Shown one piece after another: positions 12,346 to 25,938 of a DNA stretch of 64,000 nt. Each line of letters opens with the position of its first letter. Position 1 is the stretch's first letter. The notes under the pieces are model-generated. The model made no database searches and was not told the DNA's origin. It saw only the letters and a program-made list of their open reading frames with translations. The stretch lies in NCBI RefSeq assembly GCF_009914755.1, contig NC_060936.1; one strand, 5' to 3'. The position numbers and the translations under genes are program-made. The DNA is from the human T2T-CHM13v2.0 reference genome, Homo sapiens.

Positions 12346-13524
12346 CAGAATGAATGTTTAATTTAAAGTTTCTGAATCCAAGCTCAGTTTCTGGCTGTCC
12401 TGCTTCATCCTAGATGTACTGAATTTTTGTAGGAGTTTCATTCTTTTATCTATTGATTCATTGAATCCATAGTGAGGCCCCACTAGGTGCCTGGTCCCAT
12501 GTGAAGCTCTAGAGCCAGTAATGAGGATGATCTGGGCCTTCAAAGAGCTACACACAAATGGTAGGGTTAAGGATAACAACAAGAAAGAGGTAAATAGGTT
12601 AAGAAGATAATTTCCAATTGTGATAAATGCTCTGAGAATATACACAGGGAGACATGTCAGGAAATTACTATATGAAGGTGTTGGGGGGCTATTTTAAGGG
12701 GTTTCTGAAGAGTAGCTATTGAGTATCATGGCCACAGATACAGCAGTGTCCTATTAACCAATATTTCTGATTGTAATAAGCTTTCATTTAAGAACAACTT
12801 TAGAGAAATAAGATTACTGTTAAAATACTAACTGATTAGATGGAAATTGTTAATACATAATGTGTACTTTCCTTTTTTATTAAGCACTTCAGTTAGACAA
12901 AGAGGGCTACCAACTCCACTCTCAATGGTCACATTCGATCATGATTCAGTTATTTCCTTTTTTCTGTCAACTCTTTTCTCTTTATGCAACAGCCTCAGTA
13001 GAGTCACCGTCATATTTCTAACCCATTCTGAGCTATGACCTCAAAGGAACTAACTGCTGATACATTAAAGTCTTTGGAAAAACTGTTTTCAATTACTCCT
13101 GCAAAGAGGAAGGAGGATGAGGAGGAGAAATAGGAGTAGTAAGTCCTTTATTTCTTGAGCAAATTACTTAAGCGAGCATACTAGTTAATAACAAAACCAA
13201 GACCACAATACAGTATCCCAACCTAGTTTAGGCCTCTTTCTAATATAGACCACAGGACTCTGTTTAGCCTCAGAGCTTTCATCCATGAAAAGAAGAATTT
13301 CCCTAAATAATTTGAGGTTCTTTCTGGCTTTGAAATCTATGATGTGGGACTTTCACCTGTAGCCAATATGGAGAACAGGAACCAATTCACTCTCCTCTCA
13401 GAAACATCCAAGGTCACCAGACAAAATATATGGAACCATGCTTTTCAAGACAATGGGGCAGAAAGCAGGGAAGGATAGATGGAAAACCAAGAAGGTGAGC
13501 CAATGAATTCCCAAGCTTACATGT

Positions 13525-13874
13525 TGATATGGCTTGGCTGTGTCGCTACCCGAGTCTCATCTTGAATGTAACTCCCACAATTCCCACATGTTGTGGGAGG
13601 AACCTGGCGGGAGGTAATTGAATCATCTTTTTCATACTGTTCTAGTAATAGTGAATAAGTCTCATGAGATCTGATGGTTTTAAAAATGGGAGTTTCCTTA
13701 CACAAGCTCTCTTTTTGCCTGCCACCATCCATGTAAGATGTGACTTGCTCCTCCTTGCCTCCCACCATGATTGTGAGGTCTTCTTAGCCATGTGGAACTG
13801 TAAGTCCGTTAAACCTCTTTTCCTTCCCAGTCTTGGGTATGACTTTATCAGCAACACAAAAATGGACTAATACA
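13525..13874 (+). mobile_element. THE1A/THE1B solo LTR (MaLR)
   Basis: TGatatgg...ggactaataCA; perfect 5-bp TSD CATGT at 13520-13524 and 13875-13879. Confidence 0.95.
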
Positions 13875-14403
13875 CATGTCCAGCCATGTGCAGAGATGGG
13901 GAGCCCAGCCAGAGCCCAGCAGATTTTCTCAGCTGAAGAGACAGAGCTGAGAATCCTGGGATACCATGGATGCTAGAGCTCCCAGGATAGGTTATTGGAG
14001 AAGAGAGAGTTACACAGAAAGAGAACTCTAGGGATCTGCAGACAGCTCTCCTTAAGCATCCATCAGTATACTGGTCAGGGTGGGCATGTAAGAACACTAC
14101 CTGAGGCCAAAAAAGGAACCACACCAAGGATTAGAGAGAACAAAGCACTGACACAAGGCAGGACATAGTGTCTATTCCTAAGAGTCAAGACTGGAAAATT
14201 TCATAAAATACAGGGCATTGGGTAGAGTTGTTTTTAGAAGGGTCTTGCCTCAGGACTGGAGAACAGTTCACTCTAGAATAAATGTTTCCCCGGTCCCACA
14301 TAATAAGTCTTAAAAGTAAGATCTAAAGGGACCAGACTATTTACAAGTAACTTAACCCTGTCCCAGAACAAAGCTCAAGAATATTTATAGGAATACAAAA
14401 GTA

Positions 14404-14444
14404 CCCAGCAACCAACCAGGTAAAACTATCCAAAATGAAACACA
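14404..14444 (+). repeat. 41-bp exact dispersed duplicate, probable source copy
   Basis: cccagcaaccaaccaggtaaaactatccaaaatgaaacaca identical to 20677-20717. Confidence 0.95.
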
Positions 14445-14909
14445 CAGATAAAAAATTAAATAAAAGAGCATCAGTGATCTGTGGGACAACTTTAAATGCA
14501 TATATATACATATACATACATACATGTGTGTATATAAAATTGGTTGGGGACAGGAAATAATATTTGAAGAAATAAAAGCCAAAAGCGTTCCACATTTGAT
14601 GAAAATTATAAATCCACAGATCCAAGAAGTTTAATGTACTCTGAACACAAGGAATGTGAAAAAAATACATCAAGGCACATCATAATCAAATTGCTAAAAA
14701 AGGTTAAAAAGATAAAATATTAAAAATAACCAGAGAAAAAGACATGTTGTAAATAGAGGAACAAAGAAAAGGATGACAGCAGATTTATTTTCAGACACAA
14801 TGCAAGTGAGAGGACAGCAGAGCAACATATTCAAAGCTTTGGGAGAAAAGGATCAACCTGGAATTCTTTTCCCACCATAAGTTTTTTTTGTTGTTGTTAA
14901 TAAAGATAA

Positions 14910-15388
14910 GTAAAATGGAATAGTATTTGGCAATAAGAAGTAATAAAGTAGTGACACATGCTGCAACATGGATGAACCTTGAAAATATTAAGTGAAAGTT
15001 GCCAAAGACCGTATATTGTATCATTTCATTTCATTTTTAATGACAATTTCTTTCACTTTTAAAAAATCAAATGTTTTTCTCATATTATTTTACAAGAAAG
15101 AAAGAAAATCATTCCATTTATATGAAATGTCCAAAATAGGCAAATCTATTAAAACAAAAAATAAATTTAATGGTTGCCTAGGGCTTGAAAAGTCACAAGG
15201 GAGAGAGGAGTTGAGAGTGACTGCTAATGGGTACAGACTCACTGGGATGATAAAAATATGTTCTAAAGTTAGATTGTGGTGGTAGCTGCACAACTCTGTA
15301 AATACATTAAAAACCATTGAATTTTACACGCTAAATGAGTGAAGTGTATAATATGTAAATAATAACTCAATAAGGCTTCCTTTTAAAA
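14910..15388 (+). mobile_element. L1MB7/8-type 3' end
   Basis: catgctgcaacatggatgaaccttgaaaa...attccatttatatgaaatgtccaaaataggcaaatctat...tgcacaactctgtaaata. Confidence 0.85.
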
Positions 15389-16081
15389 AGGCAAAATCAA
15401 CACTTTTGAAGATGCACAAAAGATGAAAGAATTTATCACCGACAGAGCTACACTATAAGAAATGTTAGAGGAAGTCCTTTTCAGATGGCAGGGAAATGAT
15501 ACCAGATGGAAATATCTATGTACACAAAGGAATGGAAAGCCTTGGAAATGGTAGCAACTACATGGGAATATATTATGAACACTTTCCCATGTCAATAGTC
15601 TTCCACGAATGAATATTTATCAGCTGCAGCATTTTCCATCCTGAGGATCCACCATCATTACTTAAACCTGATGAGGTGGGAGGGGCTAGGATTCAACACG
15701 CAGGTGAGGGATTGACCTTACTAGGAGGAGAGACATTTCTTCCACTGAACAGAAAAAAAGGATATTTACAGACACCAGGAGACTGCAAAGGAAATATTTT
15801 TACTCTTCTTTTTCTTGGATCATGAGGTAAGAGAAAAGGAGGGGTGGCAAGAGAAGAATATAGTCAGATCTTCTTTTCTAGGTTTAAGTTCAAAGAAGAA
15901 ATGGCAACAGCTGGCAAAGATTTTTTGTGGGAAAACCTAATCTGGAGACTTAGAATTAGGAATAAACTAAGATAAATTTGAATTTGATGTAAGTAGTTGT
16001 TTAGAGCCGTTTCAGTAGGTAAAGCATCTAATTGTGTCTAGGTGTTTGCATATCTTTCAGTGTTGCTGTTTGTGAGGCAGC

Positions 16082-16625
16082 CTGGAAGACACTACCTTAA
16101 CCAGGTGATCAAGGTAAGCATCCCCAGTAATGAGACAGATTAACGTCATGGACCCCCTGATGTGATGCAGGGAGAAAAGCACATTCCCTCTGTGGTATTC
16201 TCACCAAAAGGAGTAACTTCAAACTAATTGTGAGAAAGCATTAGGCAACCCAGATTGAGAGACAGTCTAAAAACTAACTGACCTGTTGTGTTCAAAAGTG
16301 GAAGGTCATGACGGACAAGAAAAAATTGAGGACCTGTCACAGGCCAGAGGAGATTAAGGAGAGATGACAACTAAATGCTATGTGGTTTCTGAAGCTGATC
16401 CTAAAAGAGGAACAGAGCATTCTGGAAAAACTCGTCAAATTTAAATTTGATCTGTATTTTAGTTAATAGTTTTGTTGCAGTGTTAATTTTTTGGTTTTGA
16501 TCATTAAAGTACGGATATAAGATATTAACATTAGAAGAAGTTAGATGAAGAGTATGTAGAAACTCTGAACTAGTTTTGCAACTTTTGTGTAAATCAAAAA
16601 TATTTTTATATGATGTTTTAAAAAC
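16082..16625 (+). mobile_element. L1MC4/5-type 3' end
   Basis: cactaccttaaccaggtgatcaagg...gacaactaaatgc...ttttgcaacttttgtgtaaatc. Confidence 0.8.
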
Positions 16626-17035
16626 TGTATTATTTATCAAGCAATCAGATGGTCAGTACCTCAGCCATCAGGAACAGAGCTGGAGTCCTGAGATGAAACG
16701 CAAAAGCCTCTGAACAGGAGAAAATTCGTCATCGCCAAGCCCATGCAATGATAATACCTACGTGTTAGGTTGCTGTGGGGCCTAAACAAAATCATAAATC
16801 AGATGGTCTAAGGTAAGTTCTCATAAATGGTAGATGACCTTCTCTTACACGTGGCCCTTGCCCAAAAGGTACTAGTATCACAGTGCATCTGGAAGTAAAA
16901 ACTTAAGTTTTTGGCTTTATTTCTTTCTCATTCAATCTTTCGGCAAGTGTTCATTGAGCACCTTCTAACAACTGTACTCCACTTTGCCCTTTTTATGAGA
17001 GTTTACAAGAGGTTTTAATTCTAGTTCTTCCAAAC

Positions 17036-17259
17036 CAAGAGTAGGCAAACTCTTTCTGCAAAGGGCCAGAGAGTAAATATTTCAGGCTTTGCAGGCCATG
17101 TAGTCTCTGCTTGTCTATGCAACTCTGCCATTGCAGCCCAAAAACAGCCATGGAAAACACGTAAACAAATGGGTGTGATTGTGTTCTACTCACATTTCAT
17201 GTTTAAAAAAAAAATGGTGAACCAAATTTGACTCATGAGTTGTAGTTTGCCAACTCCTG
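17036..17259. mobile_element. MER58A (hAT-Charlie)
   Basis: TIRs caagagtaggcaaact / agtttgccaactcctg; 224 bp; degenerate 8-bp TSD ttccaaac/tcctaaac. Confidence 0.88.
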
Positions 17260-18129
17260 TCCTAAACTATCAGGAAATACCTATTTCTATTTGTCTAGTA
17301 TGGAGGATTGATAATCCAAAACTCCAAAATGAACTTTTCCAAAATAAAATAAAACTCCAAAATTATTTTATTCTCAAACTAGGTCAAACTTTACTATGGA
17401 CATGTGCTTCAGAATTTCATATTTTTAGATGACCATTTGCCTTTAGTAGTTTCTTTTTACACATAGAAATATTCAAGATAACTCAAATCATCAAGCAACG
17501 GCATGCATGCAACCAGAAGTTGGCCTCAGAAGGCCTCTCTGACCCCTGACCCTCTTTTGGATTGCAATTCGGCATCCAAGCAACTGGTCTTTGTTCTTAG
17601 ATACCGTGCCTCAAATGCAGTTCTGGAAAGCCACAATTACAGATTCCAAATGAGCCTTATCATCATTGCTTTTGAAAGGGGTTGTTTTAGGGAGTGTGGA
17701 ATGGCTCTGGAAATGAACATAGAAGGCAAGAAATAGCAATCTGGTGTCTAAGCTGCCTTTGCTGGGGGGAGGAGAGCAATTTCTGAAGTCTGCTTCAATG
17801 CCTCAATGACACGACTTGACCTGAGTCATCTGTACAGAAAGGCTGAAATGTTCTTATGTCTGGAAACAGTGGGCCACCTTCTCACTGCCCAAACCACGAT
17901 GCTCAAGGTGAAAGCTTGGCTCTGGTGCAATTTCTGCTGGGTAGCAATAGCTTCTCTGAACTTCAACTTCCCACTTTTTAAAGGGAAATAATATCCTTTC
18001 TAACAATGTTTCCTAAACCTTAGTTTTTTGCATGTCATCTTCTCAATTTTTGCCACAGTTTATTACTCAAGGTAGAGTAGCCACTACCCTAAAAGACTAT
18101 GTGTGAAAATAAGAGCAAAAAAGCTCTGA

Positions 18130-18506
<377 letters not shown>

Positions 18507-18987
18507 TTATTAACACTTTGCAGTCTTTTTATGCTGAACATCTACTTCTAGATTGTGTTTTAGGTATCTGAGTTTTCCAGATAAACAGTTCCTTGAGGAG
18601 CAAGTAGTTTATCATGATATTGATTTTTTACTTCACTTTGGATGCCATTCATTTAATAGGAGAAGCAACTTACACTATATTAATGTAAATGGTGTGGAAA
18701 AGTGATATAATTTTCATAAGTATCTACTCCCAAGGTGTATTATAAATTTTAAGGTCCCATCTCATTTGCAGATTTAAAACTAGAACATTCGCAAATGCAA
18801 AGGAAGCTTTATATTGGGCTAAAAGCACAACATTAAACAGACATCTACTTTATAGTATGCAAAAGCAAAGAACTCCTACCCACACACTGAATACGAAGTT
18901 TAGATCTGGACATTGCACGTGAAGGACACTTTAGACCAGGATTTTCCAACATGAGCTATTTTGCAAGCTTTTAATAATTCCATGAAC

Positions 18988-19515
18988 TATCTGTTAGTGA
19001 TGCTTTCGGCTGCATTTCACAAACAGCCAACTATCAGTAGCTTAAACAAACAGAGCTTTGTCTTTATTTCATGTAACAAGAATTCCAGGGTGGCAGGCAG
19101 TCTAGGGCAATGTGCCTCAGTTTAGTGGTGTCACCGTAGATCCAGATCCTTCCTTCCTCTCAGCCAGATGTAGCCTGTTGGCTTCCCACCTCAAGGTGAC
19201 AATTCAGCTGCTATAGCTCCAGGCCTCACATCCATATTCCAAGTAAGAAGAGAGAGGCCGAGAGAAATTTCCTGAAATGGCTTTCTCCTTTTAACAGGAA
19301 AAACTATCCTGGAGGCCTCCCAACACCCCTGACACACCCATGCGAACTCCCTTTTTCATTCCATTGGACATTTTTTGAGTCACATGGTTATCCAATCATT
19401 AGCAGTAAAGAATTGGGCAACTGTGTGTGTTAGCTTTTCAACCACTGTAATAGAGACCAGAAAGGAAGTGGAGGTGAACGGGTATGAGGTTAGCTGACCC
19501 AAATTGTCTACCACA
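18988..19515 (-). mobile_element. MLT1 (K/L-like) MaLR LTR
   Basis: gatgctttcggctgca...gcttaaacaa...gctgctatagctccaggcctcacatcc...tgtctaccaca. Confidence 0.7.
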
Positions 19516-19580
19516 GTAAGTTATACATATTTTCTTATTTCTATTTTGTGTTCTCCTATTTGTCAATAATAAAAATAGAA

Positions 19581-19720
19581 TCAAGCATGGTGGCTCGCCC
19601 CTATAACCCCAGCTACTTGGGAGGCTGAGGCAGGAGGATCACTTGAGGCCAGGAGTTAGAGACAAGCCTGGGCAACATAGTGAAATCCCATCTCTAAAAT
19701 AATTCATAAATAAAAATAAT
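19581..19720 (+). mobile_element. FLAM (free left Alu monomer)
   Basis: single monomer gcatggtggctc...ggaggatcacttgaggccaggagtt...cccatctcta plus A-rich tail. Confidence 0.85.
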
Positions 19721-19874
19721 AAAAGTATTTCTTCTTTATAAAAAAAGTAATTTTAAAAAGTTCATTGTTGTAATAACTTGTTATTGAAGTCATTGTTTCT
19801 AACCCAATAAAAATGTAGAGATGTTTAAAGAAATGTCATTGGTTTATCATCTTCTTTCCATTCTACCCTCTGTA

Positions 19875-20407
<533 letters not shown>

Positions 20408-20676
20408 ATAGATAGGATATGCCCTAGAAGAAGCTAGATCAGCCTGCGGAATCTCGGCCTCCTCTTGAAGAATCTTTAGGACTGATTGAAATATTTTTAA
20501 TGAAGACCACATTTTTATTATGGTCTTAGCATTGCCAGCTGTAGAGACTGGTCTGGCTCCAGTGTCTTCTTCACTAGGGCCCCAGGTTTTCCTTGGTTTT
20601 AAATAAATTCTTTCTAGTTTCCCATTAAAAAGAAGATATTATGTGCAAATCACCTATGTGGAAAGGACATCAAATG

Positions 20677-20717
20677 CCCAGCAACCAACCAGGTAAAACT
20701 ATCCAAAATGAAACACA
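20677..20717 (+). repeat. 41-bp exact dispersed duplicate, probable inserted copy
   Basis: identical to 14404-14444; flanks are unrelated. Confidence 0.95.
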
Positions 20718-20831
20718 TGAAAAATAGTGGTTCTTTTGTATCTGATTTTTCGAAATGCAAAGCCAATTCATTCATTGGCTCAGGAATCATCATCCTAGCT
20801 GAACCAATAATGAATCATTCTGCTTTTATAG

Positions 20832-21150
<319 letters not shown>

Positions 21151-21570
21151 AAAAAGCTATTTTTAAAAAATAAATCACTTCTAAATCGAGGCACATAGGA
21201 CCCATCCAATAAAGCTACAGAGAGCTCATTGGAATCCGATTCCCATCTCCTTTAAGAGCAGGACGCATCCATCCTTCTTGCTGGAACATAATTCATTCCA
21301 ACTGCCTTTGAGGCTTAATTAATGGCCACCCTTCCCTAATGGAACAGTTAATCTCTCAAATATTAATTGTGGCTTATCTCAAATTCTGGCTTTGGAAAAA
21401 AATCTTGGATATCAATCTCCAGAGTGCTGAAGCTGCCTTTGTCAATTATACAAGGTAAAAGCCCAGAGAAGCCCAGACTCCCCTTGCCCATCTGTGGTGT
21501 TTTCTGCCTGCCCTAGTTTCTGAGCTTTGACCACATGGCAGGCTTTGCGATGGGTCAGCACTTGTGGACA

Positions 21571-21729
21571 GCTTGGCCTATAGTGCTACTAATTATATAA
21601 GCTATACTTACCTAGAAAGTAGGGGTGGTTTCTTATGAATCTGGCTACTATGATTATAAATTTAATTCCTAAAAGTAACCCAAAATGTGCATTTTTTTTC
21701 TTTTTTTATCCTAGTCCCTGCCCTCCCCT
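21571..21729 (+). repeat. local direct duplication, copy 1
   Basis: 12 mismatches over the first 120 gap-free bp versus 22261-22380. Confidence 0.95.
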
Positions 21730-21864
21730 TAAAGCAAAGCACATATGCAAAACAACAACAACAAAAATATAGATGAAAGAGGAAAACAAATCTTTTTTTT
21801 TTTTTTTTGGCTTGCCTAGTTTGTGCTCTATATACAGGAACTCAGTCTTCTCCCCAGCAGCCCT

Positions 21865-21990
21865 GTCAGGCTGTTTCTCATTTATTTTAATGATGAGGAA
21901 ACTGAGAGGGTAAGTGACTTGTCCAAAGTTCCAGAGATAAGTAGCTGAACCAAGCTGAAGTGCAGGCTTGTCTTCTCCAAAGGCCACATT
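21865..21990 (-). mobile_element. MIR
   Basis: gatgaggaaactgagaggg..taagtgacttgtccaaagt. Confidence 0.75.
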
Positions 21991-22017
21991 GGGATCATTA
22001 GATAACAAACACAAGAA

Positions 22018-22212
22018 CAAAGAGCCAACCTATTTAAGGTTGACAGAGCAGAAAGATGGAGAGAATCTTGGTCCTTGGTGGAAAATTGAATAGTACAACC
22101 ATTTGCCTACCCTCACACTTTGTACTATATAAGAAAAACAATGCCTTACTTTGAAACCATTTTTAGTTATGTGTTCTGTTGCTTGTAGCTGAAGGCATCC
22201 TTCCTTGATACA
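22018..22212 (+). mobile_element. MLT1 LTR 3' fragment
   Basis: agagcagaaagatggagagaatcttggtccttg...ttctgttgcttgtagctgaaggcatcc..tgataca. Confidence 0.65.
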
Positions 22213-22234
22213 CTACCTCTATAAAGGAGCAAAC

Positions 22235-22710
22235 AGTTCCATCCACTTGGAATGTCCCTGGCTTGGCCTATAGCGCTACTAATTATGTAAGCTATTCTTA
22301 CCTAGAAAGTATGAGTGATTTCTCATGAATCTGGCTACTATTATTACGAATTTAATTCCTAAAAGTTACCCAAAATGTTCATATTTTATTTTTATTTTCG
22401 ACCCTAGTCTCTGCCCTCACCTCTCCCTTAACATTCTTGGCAAGCTTCTAGACAACACACATCCTTAAGATGCAGCTTAAAAGTCACTCTGTTCTTCAAC
22501 TTTCCTAAAACCACTTCACCCACAATTAGGGTTCCCTGTCTTATGCTCCTGTAGTGTCTGCCTGTTTTGTCTGTTCTATTGCACCTTCATATTATATTGC
22601 AAATACTGATTTGTGTGTCTGCCTTCCCACCAGTCTATGAACTTGCTAAGGGCACAGGTCATCCTATATCCCTAATGCCTGGCACTGTAGTCAGCACCTA
22701 AGAAATGTGG
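22235..22710 (+). mobile_element. L2 3' part interrupted by duplication copy 2
   Basis: gttccatccacttggaatgtccctg ... catccttaagatgcagcttaaaagtcac ... tatatccctaatgcctggcac. Confidence 0.65.
22261..22422 (+). repeat. local direct duplication, copy 2
   Basis: 690-bp offset from copy 1, about 90% identical. Confidence 0.95.
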
Positions 22711-22880
22711 AAGAAAGGGAGGGAGGAAAAAGGGGGGGGGGCAAAAAGACAGGGAGGGAGAGAAGGAGGGAAGGAGGAAGGAAATAAGAAAAAGAGTGGA
22801 GGGAGAGAGGGAAGGAAAAAGGGAGGTAGCAAGGCAGGCAGGATGGAAGCAAGGAAGCAAGAAAGGCAGGAAAGGAGACA
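22709..22880. repeat. GA-rich polypurine tract
   Basis: degenerate GGAA/GGAG/GGCA repeats. Confidence 0.9.
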
Positions 22881-23215
22881 ATCCTTTTGAAGCAGGTGTG
22901 TCTGGATATTACACAGTTTGATGATTAAGAACATGGTCCCTGGAATCTGACTTCTCAGGCTTAAAGATCTATTCTACCACTTAACATTTCTGGAATTTTG
23001 ACAAAATATTTAACCTAAATATAGCATACACTATAATTACTACACATAATGTAATAACCAAACCAGGGCATTTTTGATCATGAAAGGTGATAGAAAAATG
23101 TTAAGCCAGATGAGAGGCAGGGATGACAGGTGTAAGTGGGGACAATCTCAGGCAACTCAGAACAAGTGGTCCCCATCTATCTAACCTCCCTGGGCCTCAA
23201 TATCTTCACCTATAA

Positions 23216-23559
<344 letters not shown>

Positions 23560-24177
23560 TAAGGTTGTTACGAGGATTGAGTTAAATATAGTATGGGAAG
23601 CTCTTGGACCAATTGCCTGAGCCTTAGTAAGTACTGCATAAATGTTAGCCACCTTATTATGATTACAGATGGGAACACTGAGGACCAGAAAAGTTAAGTG
23701 ACTTGCCCAAGGACACTCAGCTGGCAAGTGACAAGTCAGCATGCCACCCCAAGGCACCAGATTTTAAACCCAGTGCTCTTCCCATGACATCTCAGTGACT
23801 TCTAGACCAGTCCAGGCACTCTCTCAGTTTAGTCTACAGCCATGTCAACTAAAGCCGAGGTAGGGAACTGGCTGCAAGGCAAGGAGCCAAGTCAGGGACC
23901 CTGGGAGGCTACACTACCCGTTCAACAACCCCAGCGTTCCTTCTACCCCAGGCCAGATGCTCTTTGTTCTCTACCCACCCCCGAACCCTACCCACAGAAG
24001 ACAGTACAAGAAGAGAAAAAGGAGCTAGTTCCCAAATTCCCTTCCAGCCCAAGTGGCTGAGCCCAGTCCTCATCTACTCCCTGCCCTCTCTCGCCCCCAT
24101 TGCCCACCCCCCATCACATGACTGCTGAGGCATTTGGCTTGTTTAGATTTTGCTGCTGCACGTTGCTGATAAGATAC

Positions 24178-24543
24178 TGTATTAGTCCGTTTTCACACTG
24201 CTGATAAAGACATACCCAAGACTGGGCAATTTACAAAAGAAAGAGGTTTATTGGACTTCCAGTTCCACATGGCTGGGGAGGCCTCACAATCATGGGGGAA
24301 GGCAAGGAGGAGCAAGTCACATCTTACGTGGATGCCAGCGGGCAAAGAGAGAGCTTGTGCAGAGAAAATTCCATTTTAAAAACCATCAGATCTCGTGAGA
24401 CCCATTCATTACCACAAGAACAGCACGGGAATGACCCACCCCCATGATGCAATCATCTCCCACCAGGCCCCTCCCACAACATGTGGGAATTATGGGAGCT
24501 ACAAGATGAGATTTGGGTGGGAACACAAAGCCAAACCGTACCA
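24178..24543 (-). mobile_element. THE1A-like solo LTR
   Basis: tgtattagtccgttttcac...ggagctacaagatgagatttgggtggg..ccaaaccgtacca. Confidence 0.93.
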
Positions 24544-24759
24544 GGCAAAAACTAAAAGAGCTTCTAGGCATCCAACACCGTTATACGGGTCTGCTGATAC
24601 ATGCCTGAGCCCTCATTTACTATACAAACATGTTGGCTCTCAAGTAATTGGAGTTTGTTTGTCCCCTTCCCCCTACTGGATCACAGCCCCTGTAAGCACC
24701 ATGAGAATATTAAGAAGGTCTCCATAAATGCTTAGTGACAACTGGAAGGTGTTGAACTC

Positions 24760-25015
24760 TTAAGGATTAAGACAAAGAACTTTGGAATCAGATCTAAATT
24801 TGAGTCTGACTCCGTCATTCGCAAGCAATATAACCTGGGGAAAGGTAAGCTGCCTCTCCCAGGTTTGACTTCTAATCTATAACAGGATGAGGGTAATAAG
24901 AACTGCCTTGCAGACTCATGATGAAGGAAAGAGTTCATACAAATTGAGCCCGTAGCATGCTACCTGATATGTAGGAAGTGTTCCAATAAATTTTAGTTGT
25001 TATTGTTATTCTCAT
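24760..25015 (+). mobile_element. MIR
   Basis: aactttggaatcagatctaaatttgagtc...tgcctctcccaggttt...caataaattttagttgttatt. Confidence 0.7.
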
Positions 25016-25389
25016 CATTCTCACAGGGCCAGTGGAAATTGTTTCCTAACATCGAACTGACCGTCTACTTTTGTGGGCCCAGGGCCTTTCAGCCAGCATG
25101 GTGTGCCCATGCCTGGGGCCCAGGCAGGCAGTTGTCCTAGATTCATAAGAAAGAGCCAGAAGTCCACAAGTGCATAGCTATGAGAGCCTGAAGTTGCAGC
25201 AAAGGAGGAATAGCTTAAGGAACTCAAGAGCCAAGTCTCACCACCTCCAAAGCCATGATTTACATCTCAATCCTGCCTTCCATATCAGCCCTGGTACATG
25301 CAATTCTTTTGTTCTCAACAGCTCCACAACTGCCTATAAGGCTATTAATTAGATTTATTAAGGAGCAACTCAATTTGGCCCTGAACACC

Positions 25390-25876
25390 TGGAGCAAACA
25401 CTGGTAGTACCACACCCAGACCTGTTCAGATCTGTATTGTATTGGCTGTGTACATCTATCACCCAGCATCTGTGTGCTTTACTTCTAACTGCTTTTATCT
25501 ACGATCTTCTTTAGGGAAATACTCTTGGGCCACTGGGCCAATTTACTCACGTATGCGGAGAACTAGAAGTTCCAGTAGTTTAAATTTTCCCAGAGCAGCC
25601 GATTGCCAATGGCTGACTGGTGTAGGGGCAGGGAAGCTCAGCTCCCTTGCCTCGAGGTGAACAAACTCTTGAGATATAATTCACACTCCAGAGTTCCCTG
25701 TAGGACCAGGTTGAGCCTGGAACTTTGCCTGAAATTGCAGACTTGTTCAACTTCTTCCCCTTCCCTGATGTCCTTTCCTTTCTCCTCTACTGTTTCTCCT
25801 GAGAGCACACCCTTAATAAATTACTGTGCACAGATTTTCATCTCAAGGCCTGCTTTTGGAGACCTGTCCTAAGACA
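25390..25876 (+). mobile_element. LTR16-family ERVL LTR
   Basis: gccaatggctgactggtgtagg..cagctcccttgcctc...cacactccagagttccctg...ccttaataaattac...cctaagaca. Confidence 0.8.
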
Positions 25877-25938
25877 GCACCAGCTCAACGATTACTTCAT
25901 GCACTTCTGCATCTCTTAGCAGCACAGCACCCTCACCT

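Larger units (their letters stand above)
13348..15570 (+). mobile_element. Old L1M (L1MC/L1MD-type) 5' UTR plus ORF1 remnant, split by THE1 and L1MB
   Basis: ORF1-like gagcatcagtgatctgtgggacaac, atatttgaagaaata, cacagatccaagaag, ggcacatcataatcaaattg; resumes at ~15388 with aaagaatttatcacc...gaaatgttagaggaagtcc. Confidence 0.75.
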
